Shown: piece by piece, positions 62,506-64,000 of the stretch
How positions within the stretch are numbered: position 1 is the stretch's first letter
Layout: each line of letters opens with the position of its first letter
Origin: Octopus sinensis
Lineage: Eukaryota
Assembly (NCBI RefSeq): GCF_006345805.1
Contig: NC_043005.1
Coordinates: 107,260,001 to 107,324,000 of the forward strand
Length of the DNA: 64,000 nt
Reading direction: 5' to 3'
The notes under the pieces: generated by a model
Seen by the model: the letters and a program-made list of their open reading frames with translations, nothing else
What the model was told of the DNA's origin: nothing
Databases searched by the model: none
Made by a program: the position numbers and the translations under genes

Positions 62506-64000
62506 TCACAACTAAACACTTTATATTTCTCTTTCACTCTCTCTTTCCCCTCAACTTCAAACTTCAACAAATTTTTTAAAACTATGTCATCTCCCTCTTC
62601 ACGTCGTTATTATTCTTTCTTTTCCTCTTGCTTTCTCCCTATCTCTCTAGTTATCTGCCTCTCTTCTCTCCCTCTGTCTGTCTGTCTGTCTCTCTCTCTC
62701 TGTCTGTCTCTCTCTCTCTCTGTCTGCCTTTTTTTATCCTAGCCACCAGAACATCACTTCTCTGCTAAGAATTGTATTTCTAACTCTGTTTCTCTGTATT
62801 ACTCGCTTCAACTAACATTTTAACCCTTAATAAATATTACGTTCCCTTTATCTCACATCATGGACACGTCTCTCTCCCTTTTTTCTTTCTCATCTTTTTT
62901 CTTTCCCTGTCTTTCTTTCTCGCTCTTCGCCTTTCTCTCTTTCTCTGCCTGTCTTTTTCTTTTTTTCTTCCTTTCTCTCTCGCTTTCTCTTTCTTCGCGT
63001 ATCCCTTCAACTACTCACGCAACAGCGGAAAGCATTTCGGCCTCAGTGTATTAATATATGGATATTTTTGTGAAATACTTACATAGTACTAAACACAAGA
63101 CCATCACATTACCTTTCAATCACCGAATGAGTTTTCGTGTAAGATTCGTATTTTGTTACTATTGCGATATTTTAAACTATCATCAAATTTCGTTAGATGG
63201 ACACAAAAATACTTTTTTAGTTCTCGGGCTAAGAAATCTGTCCGAAATGCCATAAAATTCTTCTTGCAACGAAATTAAAAATCTATATATTGTAACAAAT
63301 AAATCCCTTCTTCAATATTCGAAGATATAATGTTCATGCCAATGTGTCGTAATGGAAGTATTAAGGCTTCTAAATCGATTACCAGAAGTTTTTAGTAGCT
63401 TATGATGCTGTGTTCAAATCTCTCCAAATCTTTCATTTCAGTTGTTATTAACATCACCATCATCGATCATATCAACATGGACTTCATCGGACAAAATGTG
63501 TTCAGTTAGATCTCTATGAGTTCTGAATTTTTACTCCTTTCATCTCATGTACTGTGTACCAGAAAAACAATAGATATAGCTTAGTTGAAATCTACCTATT
63601 CGTAAAAACCGAGGCATTCTTCCAATGCTTTAAATCCTTGTCATTCTTGTTGGTGACCATGTTTAAAGCGATAATATCAAGAATAATATAAAGTCGGAAC
63701 TTAGATGTAGATTAAGCGGGTTGGGGGAATTGTTTCATGGGTATTTAGAAAGGTTGCAGCAGACTGAAGTTGTGTATATGTATGTGTGTATGTGCTTGCT
63801 TATGTTTGTATACATAGATGCATATATATATATGTATGTATGTATATATGTAAGTATGTATGTATGTAACTATCTATCTATCTATATATATATATATATA
63901 TATATCTGTTTTTTCGTTGTTAAAAAATATATATATATATGTATACACACATATCTATATATACATATATATACATACATATAATAATAAATTGTGAGGA

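Overview
AT-rich, microsatellite-dense eukaryotic DNA. The SINE families and repeat landscape fit a coleoid cephalopod such as Octopus (inference, no database search run). No host protein-coding gene could be supported; most ORFs in the supplied track are artefacts of (TA)n, (CA)n, (TATG)n and (CTT)n tracts. The window is a mosaic of mobile elements. It holds three tRNA-derived SINE families (about 25 copies), an internally deleted Helitron with a Pif1 helicase, two mariner remnants, a Buster/Charlie-type hAT, and a 426-bp MITE with an 8-bp TSD and telomeric repeats. It also holds two R4/Dong-like RLE retrotransposons (one inside a TAA array) and several Penelope-like element (PLE) pieces. Two signals stand out. 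(1) At least eight type I hammerhead ribozyme (HHR) folds were read by eye. One has a fully canonical core (24071-24178). A subfamily has a long branched stem II and a palindromic ACATATGT stem III. Two non-coding tandem units (about 350 bp and 567 bp) look like retrozymes, and an intact 169-aa Naiad-type GIY-YIG ORF with no RT sits about 200 nt upstream of one HHR. (2) A 1977-bp ORF1-only (half-LINE-like) retroelement with a CCHC knuckle is inserted with a perfect 17-bp TSD into the tRNA-like head of a SINE. All folds and identities were assessed manually.
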